59,250 nt of DNA from an uncultured virus (IMG/VR IMGVR_UViG_3300043442_000948). Taxonomy: Duplodnaviria; Heunggongvirae; Uroviricota; Caudoviricetes. Under the pieces are notes generated by a model that had not been told where the DNA came from, made no database searches, and was given only the letters and a program-made list of their open reading frames with translations. The position numbers and the translations under genes are program-made. Positions 1 to 9,048 of this stretch are shown here, in pieces (position 1 is the stretch's first letter; each line of letters starts with the position of its first letter). Location: the IMG/VR virus record IMGVR_UViG_3300043442_000948, one strand, 5' to 3'.

Positions 1-115
1 CTTCTTCAATCCAAGATTGGATGCCGGTCTCTGCGTCATTGATTAAAGTGGTGCTCATAATACTTTGAGTATTCGGTGGGGTAGGATTAACAGCTGGAGC
101 AGAAGGTTGGTTCAT
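1..115 (-). CDS. hypothetical protein, N-terminal part (runs off window start)
   Basis: ATG at 113-115 just downstream of the 126..413 stop; frame open to window edge (MNQPSAPAVNPTPP...). Confidence 0.35.
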   Translation of the reverse strand, partial: MNQPSAPAVNPTPPNTQSIMSTTLINDAETGIQSWIEE

Positions 116-125
116 CACCTTAGGT

Positions 126-413
126 TCACTCTTGGTGCTGGACTTCTTCAGGTCTACTACTGTCGGACGGACGATCATTGCTAAGCTCCTGATATTTGTT
201 TTGGATATAGTTTAGCCAAATCTCGATGGCGTTTTGATTGGCGTAAACTTCTGCTTCTACATTTCTATAGACGTCGAGTATGCGAGCTTGTTTCTCTTCA
301 GCCTGCTTTAGCTTGTTGTAGACGAAGGTAAGATACTTCTTCTCTTCGTTGTTCATTTTATCTATCAGCGGCTGTAAGTCTGACTCACTCAACGTCGACT
401 GATTCTGGCTCAT
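126..413 (-). CDS. hypothetical coiled-coil protein
   Basis: 95-aa ORF overlapping the recA 3' end, same strand; helical composition. Confidence 0.6.
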   Translation of the reverse strand: MSQNQSTLSESDLQPLIDKMNNEEKKYLTFVYNKLKQAEEKQARILDVYRNVEAEVYANQNAIEIWLNYIQNKYQELSNDRPSDSSRPEEVQHQE

Positions 414-1374
414 AGGTTAGCACTTTATCGATGAATAATTGCTTAACAGCGGGATTTTCATCTAGGAAGTCAGCGGCCCTTGCAGACCCTTGTCCTAGTT
501 GATTGCCAGTAACTCCATAATTGGATAAGTCTACGCTAGACGTATACCAACTGCCTGACTTTTTAATGATACCCAACTCCACGCAAGTCAGCACTAGCGA
601 CTCAGTGCGTTGTACAAGTCCATTAACAATAGGGATTTCACATTGTAGACCTGGGGTATAAGTCTTGTTCTTTTCTATCTTGACCTGGGTCATGATTCGA
701 CCTGGGACGTTTTGTGACCGTACCGCATGGGTTAAACGCACCCGAATGCTAGCCATGTGTTTTAAGGCATGACCGCCGGGGGTGCTGACCCCACCATGCG
801 GCGAGTTCAAGTTATCCCGAATCTGATTAATGAACACTAGCACGGCTTGGTTGTGCTCGATGTGGTCAGTAATCTTATTCTTAAGCCGGTTGATCATACC
901 AGCAGGGCCGGCTACGTCCCGGGCTTCAGAGTCGTTGTCGAACTTGTCCTGGACGGACTTCGGTAACAACATAGCTACGGTGTCGATGATAATTAACTTG
1001 CAGCCGAGCTCGGCGGCTTCTACCGCTTGGTCAATAGCCATCTCTCCGTAGACAGGACGGGTGATAACAAACTGGTCATTGTTTAGCCCGTATTGCTCTA
1101 ACGAGTCCGAAGTAACAGTCTTTTCTAAGTCTTGGTATAGGACTGAATCTCCCCGCTCAACGGCGGCTTGCGCCATTGCTAGACAGATAGATGACTTACC
1201 GGCGGACTCTGGCCCGAATAACTCAACAATCCTTCCTAATGGAAGTCCACCACCTAAAACGCGGTCTAACGTAGCTACACCGCTACTAACCCGTTCTAGT
1301 TTGGGGATGCTGTCGTGACTGTATACTCCAGTTTTGTATTTCTTCTGGAGCATCTTAAGCAGTTCTGCGCTCAT
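385..1374 (-). CDS. recA: RecA-family recombinase
   Basis: SSGVATLD..LGGGLPLGRIVELFGPESAGKS (Walker A), IIIDTVA (Walker B), FINQIR, TPGGHALK, KNK, KSGSWY. Confidence 0.95.
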   Translation of the reverse strand: MSAELLKMLQKKYKTGVYSHDSIPKLERVSSGVATLDRVLGGGLPLGRIVELFGPESAGKSSICLAMAQAAVERGDSVLYQDLEKTVTSDSLEQYGLNNDQFVITRPVYGEMAIDQAVEAAELGCKLIIIDTVAMLLPKSVQDKFDNDSEARDVAGPAGMINRLKNKITDHIEHNQAVLVFINQIRDNLNSPHGGVSTPGGHALKHMASIRVRLTHAVRSQNVPGRIMTQVKIEKNKTYTPGLQCEIPIVNGLVQRTESLVLTCVELGIIKKSGSWYTSSVDLSNYGVTGNQLGQGSARAADFLDENPAVKQLFIDKVLTYEPESVDVE

Positions 1375-1379
1375 ATTGG

Positions 1380-1571
1380 TTAGTTGTAGTAGTCTGCTTC
1401 TTTGATATCACCTAGCTTTTCAGTGTCGGCGTTGATGCAGCCTGGCTTCTTAGCAAACTGGCACACTCGAGCCCATAGCCGCTCCCGGGTACCGGATGGC
1501 CCACAGGAGAACACTACTTTAGCTCCGTCTTCAATCGTTACACCACAGGCTGGGCATATTTCTTTGGACAA
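1380..1571 (-). CDS. small Cys-rich hypothetical protein
   Basis: TTG start with GAGG upstream; CPAC and LWARVC..GCIN motifs. Confidence 0.7.
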   Translation of the reverse strand: MSKEICPACGVTIEDGAKVVFSCGPSGTRERLWARVCQFAKKPGCINADTEKLGDIKEADYYN

Positions 1572-1642
1572 GGCTCACCTCGTTTTTTTGCTTTATTGTA
1601 GCTTAATTACTGCCTTCGCTTTTCTTTTTTTCTGTCTCTACT

Positions 1643-1659
1643 GTACGAACGGTTCGTGC
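1643..1659. repeat. dispersed palindrome ACGAAC-N-GTTCGT, copy 1 (intergenic)
   Basis: GTACGAACGGTTCGTGC between divergent genes. Confidence 0.8.
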
Positions 1660-1698
1660 TCTGGTGTACTAAATGTAGGGTAGGTGTCTTTAAAAGTT

Positions 1699-2034
1699 AT
1701 GATTTACCCTATCGTTTATAACATACAGATTATCCGTCGGAGCAGTTTCGACCGTATCTTCAAAGTAAATCTTGAAGTAGACGTACCTTACGACCTTACT
1801 GGTAAGGACTTACTTTCCCAACTATGGGATCGGAAGCGGGAAGAGAAATATGCTGACTTCGATATTACTGTGATAAACGCGCCACTGGGCTCTTTTATGT
1901 TAAAGCTCACCTCGGCACAGACACTGCTGTTGCCTACGCTAGGAGTCTACGACGTCAAGGTTATCGACGGGGTTGATGAGTTCTATCTAATCAAAGGAAG
2001 CTTTAGCGTTCAAGAGGGATACACTGATGACTGA
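1699..2034 (+). CDS. putative virion/baseplate-associated beta-sandwich protein
   Basis: YDLTG, LTSAQT, GVYDV, YLIKGSF pattern resembling BppU N-terminal-like phage domains; ATG 1699 (GTG 1684 alternative). Confidence 0.55.
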   Translation: MIYPIVYNIQIIRRSSFDRIFKVNLEVDVPYDLTGKDLLSQLWDRKREEKYADFDITVINAPLGSFMLKLTSAQTLLLPTLGVYDVKVIDGVDEFYLIKGSFSVQEGYTDD

Positions 2035-2266
2035 ACCAACGGCGGTAACTCTTAACGTTTCTACCTACGTCAAATTAGGGTTGGCTGATAAGACAGTAGA
2101 GTCTGAGCCAGTTAGCTACTACAGCGCCAACTCAGAGGCTCTTACCGACGGGCTTAGCGTAGGGGACTTTTATCTGGACGGCGGCGGCAAGCTTCAAGTA
2201 GTTAGGCCTTTGAATCTATTTTTGAGTTTATCTAATCGGTATAGTCATCTCTTAAGACTTTTTTAA
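2027..2266 (+). CDS. hypothetical protein
   Basis: 79-aa ORF overlapping the upstream stop. Confidence 0.6.
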   Translation: MTEPTAVTLNVSTYVKLGLADKTVESEPVSYYSANSEALTDGLSVGDFYLDGGGKLQVVRPLNLFLSLSNRYSHLLRLF

Positions 2267-2293
2267 TATTCAACTTTATACTGAGGTTTAGGT

Positions 2294-2839
2294 ATGTTTG
2301 GATTGATAATGACCTTGCTGATTTTATTTACTCCTGCACCTGCCGGAGTAAATACTACTCAACATTACGACTGGTGGGACGAATTCTTTAAGACGGAGCT
2401 GCTGCTTGGATTAGGTATCCCCTTGGCCTCTGCTATTACGTGGCTAGCACGGGATTACATTAGCAAAGACCAAGAGGTCGGTAGAGCTAAGTTCAAGAAT
2501 GAAATTATTACTTCGTTACAGAGCACCCTGACTGCCGCGGCACAAGAAAGAGACACTGTGTTGTCGTTGAAGCTAACCCCTATGCAGAACTCTATCGACC
2601 GGCTGGGCGCTGACTACTACTCCAACCTAACGGTTCACCAGCGTATTGAAGAAAGTATCGACGAACTTTTCAAAAGCTTCAACGACCTTAACCTACGGCT
2701 CACTGTCATGGAATCTACTCTTTCTGCTACGATGTCTAAGATTAATTCGGAGCTGTCGACACTGCTGACAGCGTACATCGGTGAGTCTGTCAAGGTTAGA
2801 CTCTTTATGGATGACGACGATAAGTCTAAGCCCAAATAG
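2294..2839 (+). CDS. membrane-anchored coiled-coil protein
   Basis: GAGG upstream; N-terminal hydrophobic segment, second hydrophobic segment LLLGLGIPLASAITWLA, heptad-rich C-terminus. Confidence 0.7.
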   Translation: MFGLIMTLLILFTPAPAGVNTTQHYDWWDEFFKTELLLGLGIPLASAITWLARDYISKDQEVGRAKFKNEIITSLQSTLTAAAQERDTVLSLKLTPMQNSIDRLGADYYSNLTVHQRIEESIDELFKSFNDLNLRLTVMESTLSATMSKINSELSTLLTAYIGESVKVRLFMDDDDKSKPK

Positions 2840-3968
2840 GTTTGACTGTCAGCCCTACTCTTAAATAATGCTTCTCAATAATGTGTACCGAGTTTCCTAC
2901 CCACTGCGCTACTACAGCGGTGGGTACTCCTTTAGTAACTTGATTAGTAATAAAAGTATCCCTGCAGCAATACGGTGTCGTACCTACTAGTTTCAACTTC
3001 CGCCAGGCTCGGCAGTAGTTGTCGTAGCCTATATGTCCACCTTCAGAGTTAGGGAACAGTAGTTCATTCTCTTTGCTAAGTGAATCTAAAAATATACTCA
3101 ACTCTTCGTAGAGGGGAAATACCCGCCGCTTGTTCGTTTTGCTGGTGTCTGACTGAAACACATATTTCCCTTTCCTAACGTAGCTACGCCCTAGGATTAA
3201 GTGGTCTTCCTTGACATCCTCCCAGGTAATACCGGCCGCTTCTGATGGTCTGCAGCCTACTAAGAGGTTAAAGCGGCAGATGTCTTGGTAAGCTGGGCTT
3301 AGGTTAGCTAACACAAAAGCTACTTCAGTGTCAGTCAGTGGCCGGGGTTCTTTCTCTGGTTCGTTATCGGCAACTTCCTTAAGCTCCTTAGCTAACTCCC
3401 GGTACGGATTGGTTCCTTCAGTTAGGATGCCCTGCTTAATCGCCCAGTCGTACATCGGGGCCATCCGGGACACTACCCGGTAGGCTTGCTTAACTGTAGT
3501 CTCTTTACTAAGTTCCTCCGTTACAGCCTTAGCATTGTAAATATTCTGTTCCTTCAGGTTCCGTAGGTTATAGCCAATGGTTTCTGTCAGGAAGTGGTAG
3601 CTGGAGTCCTTTAGTTTTCCTTTGCGTTCTTCGCAATACTGTCTCCACAGTTCCTTCAGCGGGGTTTTCATTCCGACAGTACGTTCTAGTTGTTTCCGGT
3701 ACTGCTCTTTTCTATAAAGGGGGTTGTATTTCTGTAGCGTTGGGTCGAACTCTTCAAAGACAATATCGTGGTTAATCGTAGCCACGATTTTAGTTCCCTT
3801 AGCGATACCCTCTGCTGTCGCAGCTAGCCCTAATGACCAGTACTTATCCCTACCTAAGCCTACACAGTCTGGTAGGCGCACTCGAAGCATGTTGCCTCGG
3901 CGGTGTAGCGTAGCCTGCCCCTTGAACGCTTTTCTATGCTCTATGCTCTTTCTTGTTTCACTAACCAT
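2826..3968 (-). CDS. int: tyrosine recombinase / phage integrase with N-terminal arm-binding domain
   Basis: Catalytic pattern GCRPSE (R), SKT (K), PYCCRDTF (YxxR), VGNS, KHY (Y); AGGAG 9 nt before ATG 3968; adjacent to tRNA. Confidence 0.9.
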   Translation of the reverse strand: MVSETRKSIEHRKAFKGQATLHRRGNMLRVRLPDCVGLGRDKYWSLGLAATAEGIAKGTKIVATINHDIVFEEFDPTLQKYNPLYRKEQYRKQLERTVGMKTPLKELWRQYCEERKGKLKDSSYHFLTETIGYNLRNLKEQNIYNAKAVTEELSKETTVKQAYRVVSRMAPMYDWAIKQGILTEGTNPYRELAKELKEVADNEPEKEPRPLTDTEVAFVLANLSPAYQDICRFNLLVGCRPSEAAGITWEDVKEDHLILGRSYVRKGKYVFQSDTSKTNKRRVFPLYEELSIFLDSLSKENELLFPNSEGGHIGYDNYCRAWRKLKLVGTTPYCCRDTFITNQVTKGVPTAVVAQWVGNSVHIIEKHYLRVGLTVKPIWA

Positions 3969-4001
3969 ACGACCCAACTCCTACTGAGTTGACGGCCATT
4001 T

Positions 4002-4013
4002 TTGCATGACGGT
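4002..4013 (+). repeat. 12-bp direct repeat TTGCATGACGGT, copy 1 (candidate integrase arm site)
   Basis: Identical copy at 4829-4840. Confidence 0.6.
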
Positions 4014-4066
4014 CGGCGGTACATCAAGGGAGGCTGAATGTTCTAGCTATTGCTCAAGCACTTACC

Positions 4067-4108
4067 GGGCGGTTAGCTCAGTTGGTCGGCGCCTGCCTTA
4101 CAAGCCGG
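4067..4108 (+). pseudogene. 5' half tRNA-Val(TAC) fragment (candidate att-related sequence)
   Basis: GGGCGGTTAGCTCAGTTGGT identical to the first 20 nt of the tRNA at 4149, then CCTGC-CTTACAA-GCCGG anticodon arm; no T-arm or 3' acceptor strand. Confidence 0.75.
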
Positions 4109-4148
4109 CAACAGCTGATTATCGGCTTATTTTTAGTGCGTTATAAAC

Positions 4149-4221
4149 GGGCGGTTAGCTCAGTTGGTAGAGCGCTGGTTTTACACACCAATGGTCACTG
4201 GTTCGAGTCCAGTACCGCCCA
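4149..4221 (+). tRNA. trnV: tRNA-Val(TAC)
   Basis: Cloverleaf: GGGCGGT/ACCGCCC acceptor, GCTC/GAGC D-stem, TGGT/ACCA anticodon stem with loop TTTACAC, ACTGG-TTCGAGT-CCAGT T-arm; no encoded CCA. Confidence 0.93.
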
Positions 4222-4774
4222 CTTCGTCTGCAACATGCTTCCAGTTTACGTAGGTAACGATAGCATGAATTCCACCGCGTGTGCCGCCGAACTGTACTTG
4301 AAGTTCTTTAATCGGAACCCCAGTCTTATGCAGCTTACGCATCTGTCGAATTTGGTCTTCGGTATATCTAGCTCTTGGGTTGCTAGTTCCTTGCTTGGGG
4401 TAGCAGCCCACTTTCTTGTTGCGTCCCTTGCTAAACGCGTCCCTGTTGTTATCTCCTATAGTGCCTAGGAATAGATGGTTAGGGTTGATGCAAGCCGGGT
4501 TATCACAGTGATGACAAACACATAGCCCCGCTGGGTCTTTTCTATATTCGATGGCATAAGCTACCCGGTGCAGCAAAAACCTTTTCTTTTTTACACCACT
4601 TTCAGTAGCCACGGCTGTATATGTACTGGCATAGCCTTTGGTATTTGTGTAGCTAGTCCACAACCAGCAGCCGGTCGTATAGTCAATATTAATATGTCTA
4701 GTTAAAATATCTTGGAATTTCTTTAAAGGTAACTCTAACCCATTTAAGGTGAACGTCGCGGGGGAATCGTTCAT
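4181..4774 (-). CDS. HNH homing-type endonuclease with C-terminal HTH-like domain
   Basis: CWLW, LHRVAY, VCHHCDNPACINPNHLFLGT..DN; start taken at ATG 4774 (4834 alternative); last codons overlap tRNA-Val antisense. Confidence 0.88.
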   Translation of the reverse strand: MNDSPATFTLNGLELPLKKFQDILTRHINIDYTTGCWLWTSYTNTKGYASTYTAVATESGVKKKRFLLHRVAYAIEYRKDPAGLCVCHHCDNPACINPNHLFLGTIGDNNRDAFSKGRNKKVGCYPKQGTSNPRARYTEDQIRQMRKLHKTGVPIKELQVQFGGTRGGIHAIVTYVNWKHVADEVGGTGLEPVTIGV

Positions 4775-4828
4775 GGTTCTTCTGTATTGTATCTTATTTC
4801 TAAATTGGTAGAGAGTTTGCACGCCGGC

Positions 4829-4840
4829 TTGCATGACGGT
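4829..4840 (+). repeat. 12-bp direct repeat TTGCATGACGGT, copy 2
   Basis: Identical to 4002-4013; flanked by degenerate copies TTTGCACGCCGG and TTCATGAGCCGG. Confidence 0.6.
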
Positions 4841-4861
4841 TCATGAGCCGGCTTAGCTTAC

Positions 4862-5713
4862 TTAGAACAACTTCGGACGAAGTGTGGTGACTGGGTCAGG
4901 GATGAATCCCGTGATAGTAAAGTCACTGGCCTTGAACTCAGGTGTCTTCAGCAGGGGGTCGTAGCCTCCACTGAACTCATACTTTAACGTTGGGGTTATC
5001 GAGTTGTAGCGGTCTTCGGAGTTATAGATAGCCTTAGCACAATCTAAATGACTGGGGTCGTCATAGATATGAGCGTCCCCAAACGTCCAGATCAAGTCGC
5101 CCACGCTGAGGTCGGCGTGGTAAGCGAAATACATTAGCAACGCCCAGTACTGTACCCAGTTGTGCGGCACCCCTAGGAGCATATCAGCTGACCGCTGGTA
5201 GGTGTGCATGTGCAGGGTGTTATCTCTTACGAAGAGCTGAGTAATAGTCCCGTGGCAGGAAGTCGGACATGCAGGGTTCTGGTTGGTCTGAGTAATGTGG
5301 TACATGTCGTCAGGGTTCCACGTCGTCATTACCAACCGGCGGCTGTTGGGGTGGCTGAGCAGCGCGTCTAGGATAGCTCCGACTTGGTCGAAGTCGTTAG
5401 GCCCATAGTGGCGCATTTGGGTAGCGTAGCCATCTAAGTAGTTGCCATTTGGGTTGAGCTGGCTGTCCCACCAATCCTTCAGGTCGTCCGGGCATTTTGT
5501 TTCACCGGACATGAACCACTCCATCTCTTTGATGGCTTTCTTCCAAGCGGTACGTCGTAACGTTACCAATGGAAAGGAAGAGAAGGCAGCCTGCAGACCA
5601 CAGGTATGGCTGATACAGCTATGGTTCCTGGTCTCTAAAATCTCCCCGTCATTAAAGACCGTTCTTAGCAGGTTCTTATATGTTTGGTCAGCGTCTTCGT
5701 AATAGTTTGACAT
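4862..5713 (-). CDS. thyA: thymidylate synthase
   Basis: FPLVT, EMEWF, SRRLV..WNP, PTSCH (catalytic Cys), YQRSADMLLGVPHN, GDAHIY. Confidence 0.93.
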   Translation of the reverse strand: MSNYYEDADQTYKNLLRTVFNDGEILETRNHSCISHTCGLQAAFSSFPLVTLRRTAWKKAIKEMEWFMSGETKCPDDLKDWWDSQLNPNGNYLDGYATQMRHYGPNDFDQVGAILDALLSHPNSRRLVMTTWNPDDMYHITQTNQNPACPTSCHGTITQLFVRDNTLHMHTYQRSADMLLGVPHNWVQYWALLMYFAYHADLSVGDLIWTFGDAHIYDDPSHLDCAKAIYNSEDRYNSITPTLKYEFSGGYDPLLKTPEFKASDFTITGFIPDPVTTLRPKLF

Positions 5714-5874
5714 TATTGTACGTAGTAAACTAAGTGGACGGGAATAACTGGGGGCGTTGCCTTGTTTTGAGCTAACTTGGCTTCAATCATTGTGCCCATG
5801 ATAAAAATAAAATGGGCAAAGCTGCAGCCTAAGGCTACATCCCTAATAAATTCTTCCAAGGCTTTCCTGCTCAT
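5713..5874 (-). CDS. small hypothetical membrane protein (53 aa, below ORF-track cutoff)
   Basis: GGAG before ATG 5874; stop overlaps thyA start (TAATG); MSRKALEEFIRDVALGCSFAHFIFIMGTM... Confidence 0.55.
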   Translation of the reverse strand: MSRKALEEFIRDVALGCSFAHFIFIMGTMIEAKLAQNKATPPVIPVHLVYYVQ

Positions 5875-5901
5875 TGTGGTTCTCCGAATTGTGTTTTACT
5901 T

Positions 5902-6783
5902 CTATAGGTCAGCGATGATTTCCCGTAGGGGAATGTCGCCAAGTGTTTCCCAAACTAAGTTAAGCGCTTTCAGTTGGTCTTTACTAAAGACGACATTCCC
6001 ATCTTCAGCTAGGTAAGTAGCAGAAGAATCCCGGGCCCCTGTTGCGCTGATTAAATCTTCCATTAGTACTCCTAACACTGAATGGTCTAATTCAAACTTC
6101 TGCCGCTCGTCCACCCATTCCATTACGGCATCTTGGTGGATAGGTTGAACGGTAGCAGCGAACAGATGGCTAACGAAATCAGTGTTCTCCAACATCGGGA
6201 GTTTCTTACAGGTTCCTTCCATTAAGTACCACAGGTAGTCAGCAGCAAGTTTGAACTGGCCTTCTTCAGCGTACAAGTCCATACGCTCCTGCACAATTTT
6301 AATCATGCGTTCAAAGTAGCCGGGCAGGCCGATGTTGTTTTCAATGGTCTCCAGACTCCAGGCGGGGTTGTAGCTGTTCAATACTAAATAATCGTAAACT
6401 TCTTCTGGTAGTTTATCCTTCATCATTTCCATTGCTTTATCGGACAAAAAGACTTTGTTGTCTATAAAGCTGAAATCTTTGCCTATCTCTAACCCCAAAG
6501 ATAGAAACTCATTTGTTAGGTACTGCTTAGCTTTTTCTTCGATTACAGGGCCTGCGCCGTTGTTTTCGAGTTGGTTGTTTAACGTCTGCCAGTAAAAGCA
6601 GATGTCATCTAAGGTTAAGCCCCAGTCAGTTTCTAATTGCACTTGACTGGTTAGGATGTCCCCAACTATATCTTCGCCTAGGTTGTCATAGCCGTTAAAC
6701 AGCGACTGCATAAGCTTTTTGACGTCACGCTCTTTAATGGCGAGCTGGATAGAGTTGGAAAAGATTTCAGCTGTGTAGGTCAT
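5902..6783 (-). CDS. hypothetical protein
   Basis: 293-aa ORF, ATGA overlap with the upstream kinase gene. Confidence 0.8.
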   Translation of the reverse strand: MTYTAEIFSNSIQLAIKERDVKKLMQSLFNGYDNLGEDIVGDILTSQVQLETDWGLTLDDICFYWQTLNNQLENNGAGPVIEEKAKQYLTNEFLSLGLEIGKDFSFIDNKVFLSDKAMEMMKDKLPEEVYDYLVLNSYNPAWSLETIENNIGLPGYFERMIKIVQERMDLYAEEGQFKLAADYLWYLMEGTCKKLPMLENTDFVSHLFAATVQPIHQDAVMEWVDERQKFELDHSVLGVLMEDLISATGARDSSATYLAEDGNVVFSKDQLKALNLVWETLGDIPLREIIADL

Positions 6784-7367
6784 AGAATAAAATCTCTGAG
6801 AATTTCTGTGCCGGTACTTAGGAAGCCTTTTAAGTCTTTATTTGTTAAAGACGTCGACTTTACTCCTAGCTTACTTAAAAATTCGTCAGAGTAGTAAGAA
6901 CGTGAATCGTTTTTAAAGGTATACCCAGGTCGCTCTATCTTTACGACCAGTATGTTACTGGCACCGCAGTAGGCAAGCACAGGGATTAGCTCTTCTTCTA
7001 AGCCGCCATCACTTGAACTGAATGCTTGGATGGGAGCTTTTTTTTTACACTGAGCCATTTTTTGTACGAGTTGGACTCCGAAGAATTCCTTCCCGTGGGT
7101 TGGTTTGATATAAGTTTCTGACAGAGCTATGTAGGCTTGGCGTGGTGTTAAACCGTAGAAGTATTCGTAGTCGGGCTCGTCTTTAATGCTTTCAAACTGC
7201 ATGTAGTCTTCAGGGTTCGGCACGTTGTACAGCCGGTGGGTCATCACCTTTAAACTTTCAGCAAACTTAATATGCTTTACTAGTCCTAAAGATATACGGC
7301 CATAGTGGTTGGCTAAGCTATCTTTGCCACAGCCCGGCGGGCCGTTAAGAATGATTAGTTTGGTCAT
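6780..7367 (-). CDS. deoxynucleoside monophosphate kinase-like P-loop protein
   Basis: IILNGPPGCGKD, FAESLK, TPRQAYIALSE..KP.HG typical of phage dNMP kinases. Confidence 0.8.
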   Translation of the reverse strand: MTKLIILNGPPGCGKDSLANHYGRISLGLVKHIKFAESLKVMTHRLYNVPNPEDYMQFESIKDEPDYEYFYGLTPRQAYIALSETYIKPTHGKEFFGVQLVQKMAQCKKKAPIQAFSSSDGGLEEELIPVLAYCGASNILVVKIERPGYTFKNDSRSYYSDEFLSKLGVKSTSLTNKDLKGFLSTGTEILRDFIL

Positions 7368-7851
7368 GTTGTAATTGGGTTAGAAGCTGCACGAACAGTT
7401 CGTGCTGTATGCAGTCTATCACTACTGGTTTTCCGGTTTCAGGATGCTGGATCTCGATACTCCAGACTTGGATTCCCTGCCGTAAACCTTTTTCGTATTC
7501 TTTCAATGTCAGGTTCCAGCTAGCGCGGGTGCCACGGCGTTTAACTTCTGTACGGATTTCTCCTAGCAATAGTAAGTCCCCATCTCCATGAGCTGCCCCA
7601 CTCCGAAGGGTTTTAGTTACGATAGACCGCTGGATACTATCTTCTGTTTGCTCAGCTCTTCTTATGGTGGCTCTTTTCTCTTCTTGTTTATCTTTCCAAT
7701 CTTCCAAAGGATGTGGCCAAAGCTCTACGTCTATCGGGTCATAGTAGAGGTCTTTACACCCAGGTCTAAACCCGGCTACGCATTTGTGACATCGCATTTG
7801 GGCGTTGGAACAGTTAGCGTAATAAGTAGGCGGGCACTTAATCTTTTTCAT
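7345..7851 (-). CDS. PD-(D/E)xK nuclease, Holliday-junction-resolvase-like, with N-terminal Cys cluster
   Basis: RSGA..GDGD and TEVK motifs; N-terminal C..C..CHKC..C. Confidence 0.65.
   Translation of the reverse strand: MKKIKCPPTYYANCSNAQMRCHKCVAGFRPGCKDLYYDPIDVELWPHPLEDWKDKQEEKRATIRRAEQTEDSIQRSIVTKTLRSGAAHGDGDLLLLGEIRTEVKRRGTRASWNLTLKEYEKGLRQGIQVWSIEIQHPETGKPVVIDCIQHELFVQLLTQLQHDQTNHS
7389..7405. repeat. dispersed palindrome copy 2 (inside CDS)
   Basis: GCACGAACAGTTCGTGC, perfect 8-bp arms. Confidence 0.8.
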
Positions 7852-7855
7852 ATAT

Positions 7856-8335
7856 ATGTCTTATACCGTTACAGTTGTCTCCGAAAACATTTCTCGTAGT
7901 ATTACAAATACTATGGTGACCGGCGTTAAGATTACGCCAGTCACATTCAACCGTAAGTCTATTGCAGGGCAGACTTATAATATTTATCCAATGACAGTCA
8001 CCACACGGGTAGCCGCCGCTGGACAAGAAGTGGTTGATTTTAGACCTCAGCTACCTCAAGAAGACCATGTCTTAGCCGCTCTAGCGGTTAAGTCCACACG
8101 CCCTGTTGAAGTAACAGTTTCCGGGGTGTTCGCTAATATTCCTAAAGTCTTTCAGTTACCTGCGACGACTTACTACCAACAGCTATTTGACAGCAGTGAG
8201 TTCGCACAGGGTTTTGAAATCCATACGGTAACGATTAGCAACGCCGCGGCTGCTACGACAAGCCCTACTCCGTTACCACCGGCGTACCCAGCAGCTGAAG
8301 TAGAACTGTTTGCAGCAGTTTATGAACAAACATAG
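7856..8335 (+). CDS. hypothetical protein, possibly virion
   Basis: 159-aa beta-rich ORF followed by a hairpin at ~8344-8371. Confidence 0.65.
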   Translation: MSYTVTVVSENISRSITNTMVTGVKITPVTFNRKSIAGQTYNIYPMTVTTRVAAAGQEVVDFRPQLPQEDHVLAALAVKSTRPVEVTVSGVFANIPKVFQLPATTYYQQLFDSSEFAQGFEIHTVTISNAAAATTSPTPLPPAYPAAEVELFAAVYEQT

Positions 8336-8448
8336 AGACTCTTGGGTGGCCGTCGCACACGGCTTTCACCCGACTATAAAACTTAAAATAAGAACTGCAA
8401 AGTTAGTATAAAGGCAAAATCAGTGTAATGCGTTACACAGATTTTTGG

Positions 8449-9048
8449 TTAGTCTTCGTACTCAGGGTTGTGCCGAGCCATCTGATAGAACCGTTCCTTC
8501 AGCGGGGTGACTGCGGCAAGGAACTGCTCCTTGGGCAACCCCTTCCGCCCAATGTTTGCCCACGCAAAGCGCTCGGCTTGGTTCAACAACTCCTGCAGGC
8601 GGGCTTCCGGGATTTGACTAGCGACCCAATAGTAGTTCACCTCCGTCACAATACAAGCCGCCGCCAAGATAGGAAGCGGGTAACGAAGCACCAGCCCAGT
8701 GGTCGGCGCCGGGGGTTTATCTAAGCCGTATCGCTCATACAAACAGACCTGCCCGTCCCAATTCAACCAGTCGGCTAAGACAAAGTAGAGCTGCTCCGTG
8801 GGGTAGCGCCGGTCGTAGACTTGGATGAGTTCACTCCGCTGCGCGGGGCTAGAAAACTGGGCAAGAACCTCCCCGCAGGTGAGTAACTTAAATTGGTACT
8901 CGAACTGGTAACTTGGCGTAGCGAAGCACTTGTGCAGCCCCCGCCCGTGCTGGAACACCCGGTCGAGCTCCGCAATGCAGACGTTGCGGTACTCCACAGC
9001 TGGTGTGGTGATAAGAATCGTTTCATAATCAATGCTATTAGTAGACAT
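8449..9048 (-). CDS. hypothetical protein
   Basis: 199-aa ORF. Confidence 0.7.
   Translation of the reverse strand: MSTNSIDYETILITTPAVEYRNVCIAELDRVFQHGRGLHKCFATPSYQFEYQFKLLTCGEVLAQFSSPAQRSELIQVYDRRYPTEQLYFVLADWLNWDGQVCLYERYGLDKPPAPTTGLVLRYPLPILAAACIVTEVNYYWVASQIPEARLQELLNQAERFAWANIGRKGLPKEQFLAAVTPLKERFYQMARHNPEYED

Noticed and set aside
1643..1659. LexA (SOS) box upstream of the recA operon
   Set aside because: CGAAC/GTTCG arms are separated by 1 nt, not the 4 nt of Gram-positive boxes; it does not fit the cyanobacterial GTAC-N4-GTWC form, and most copies are intragenic
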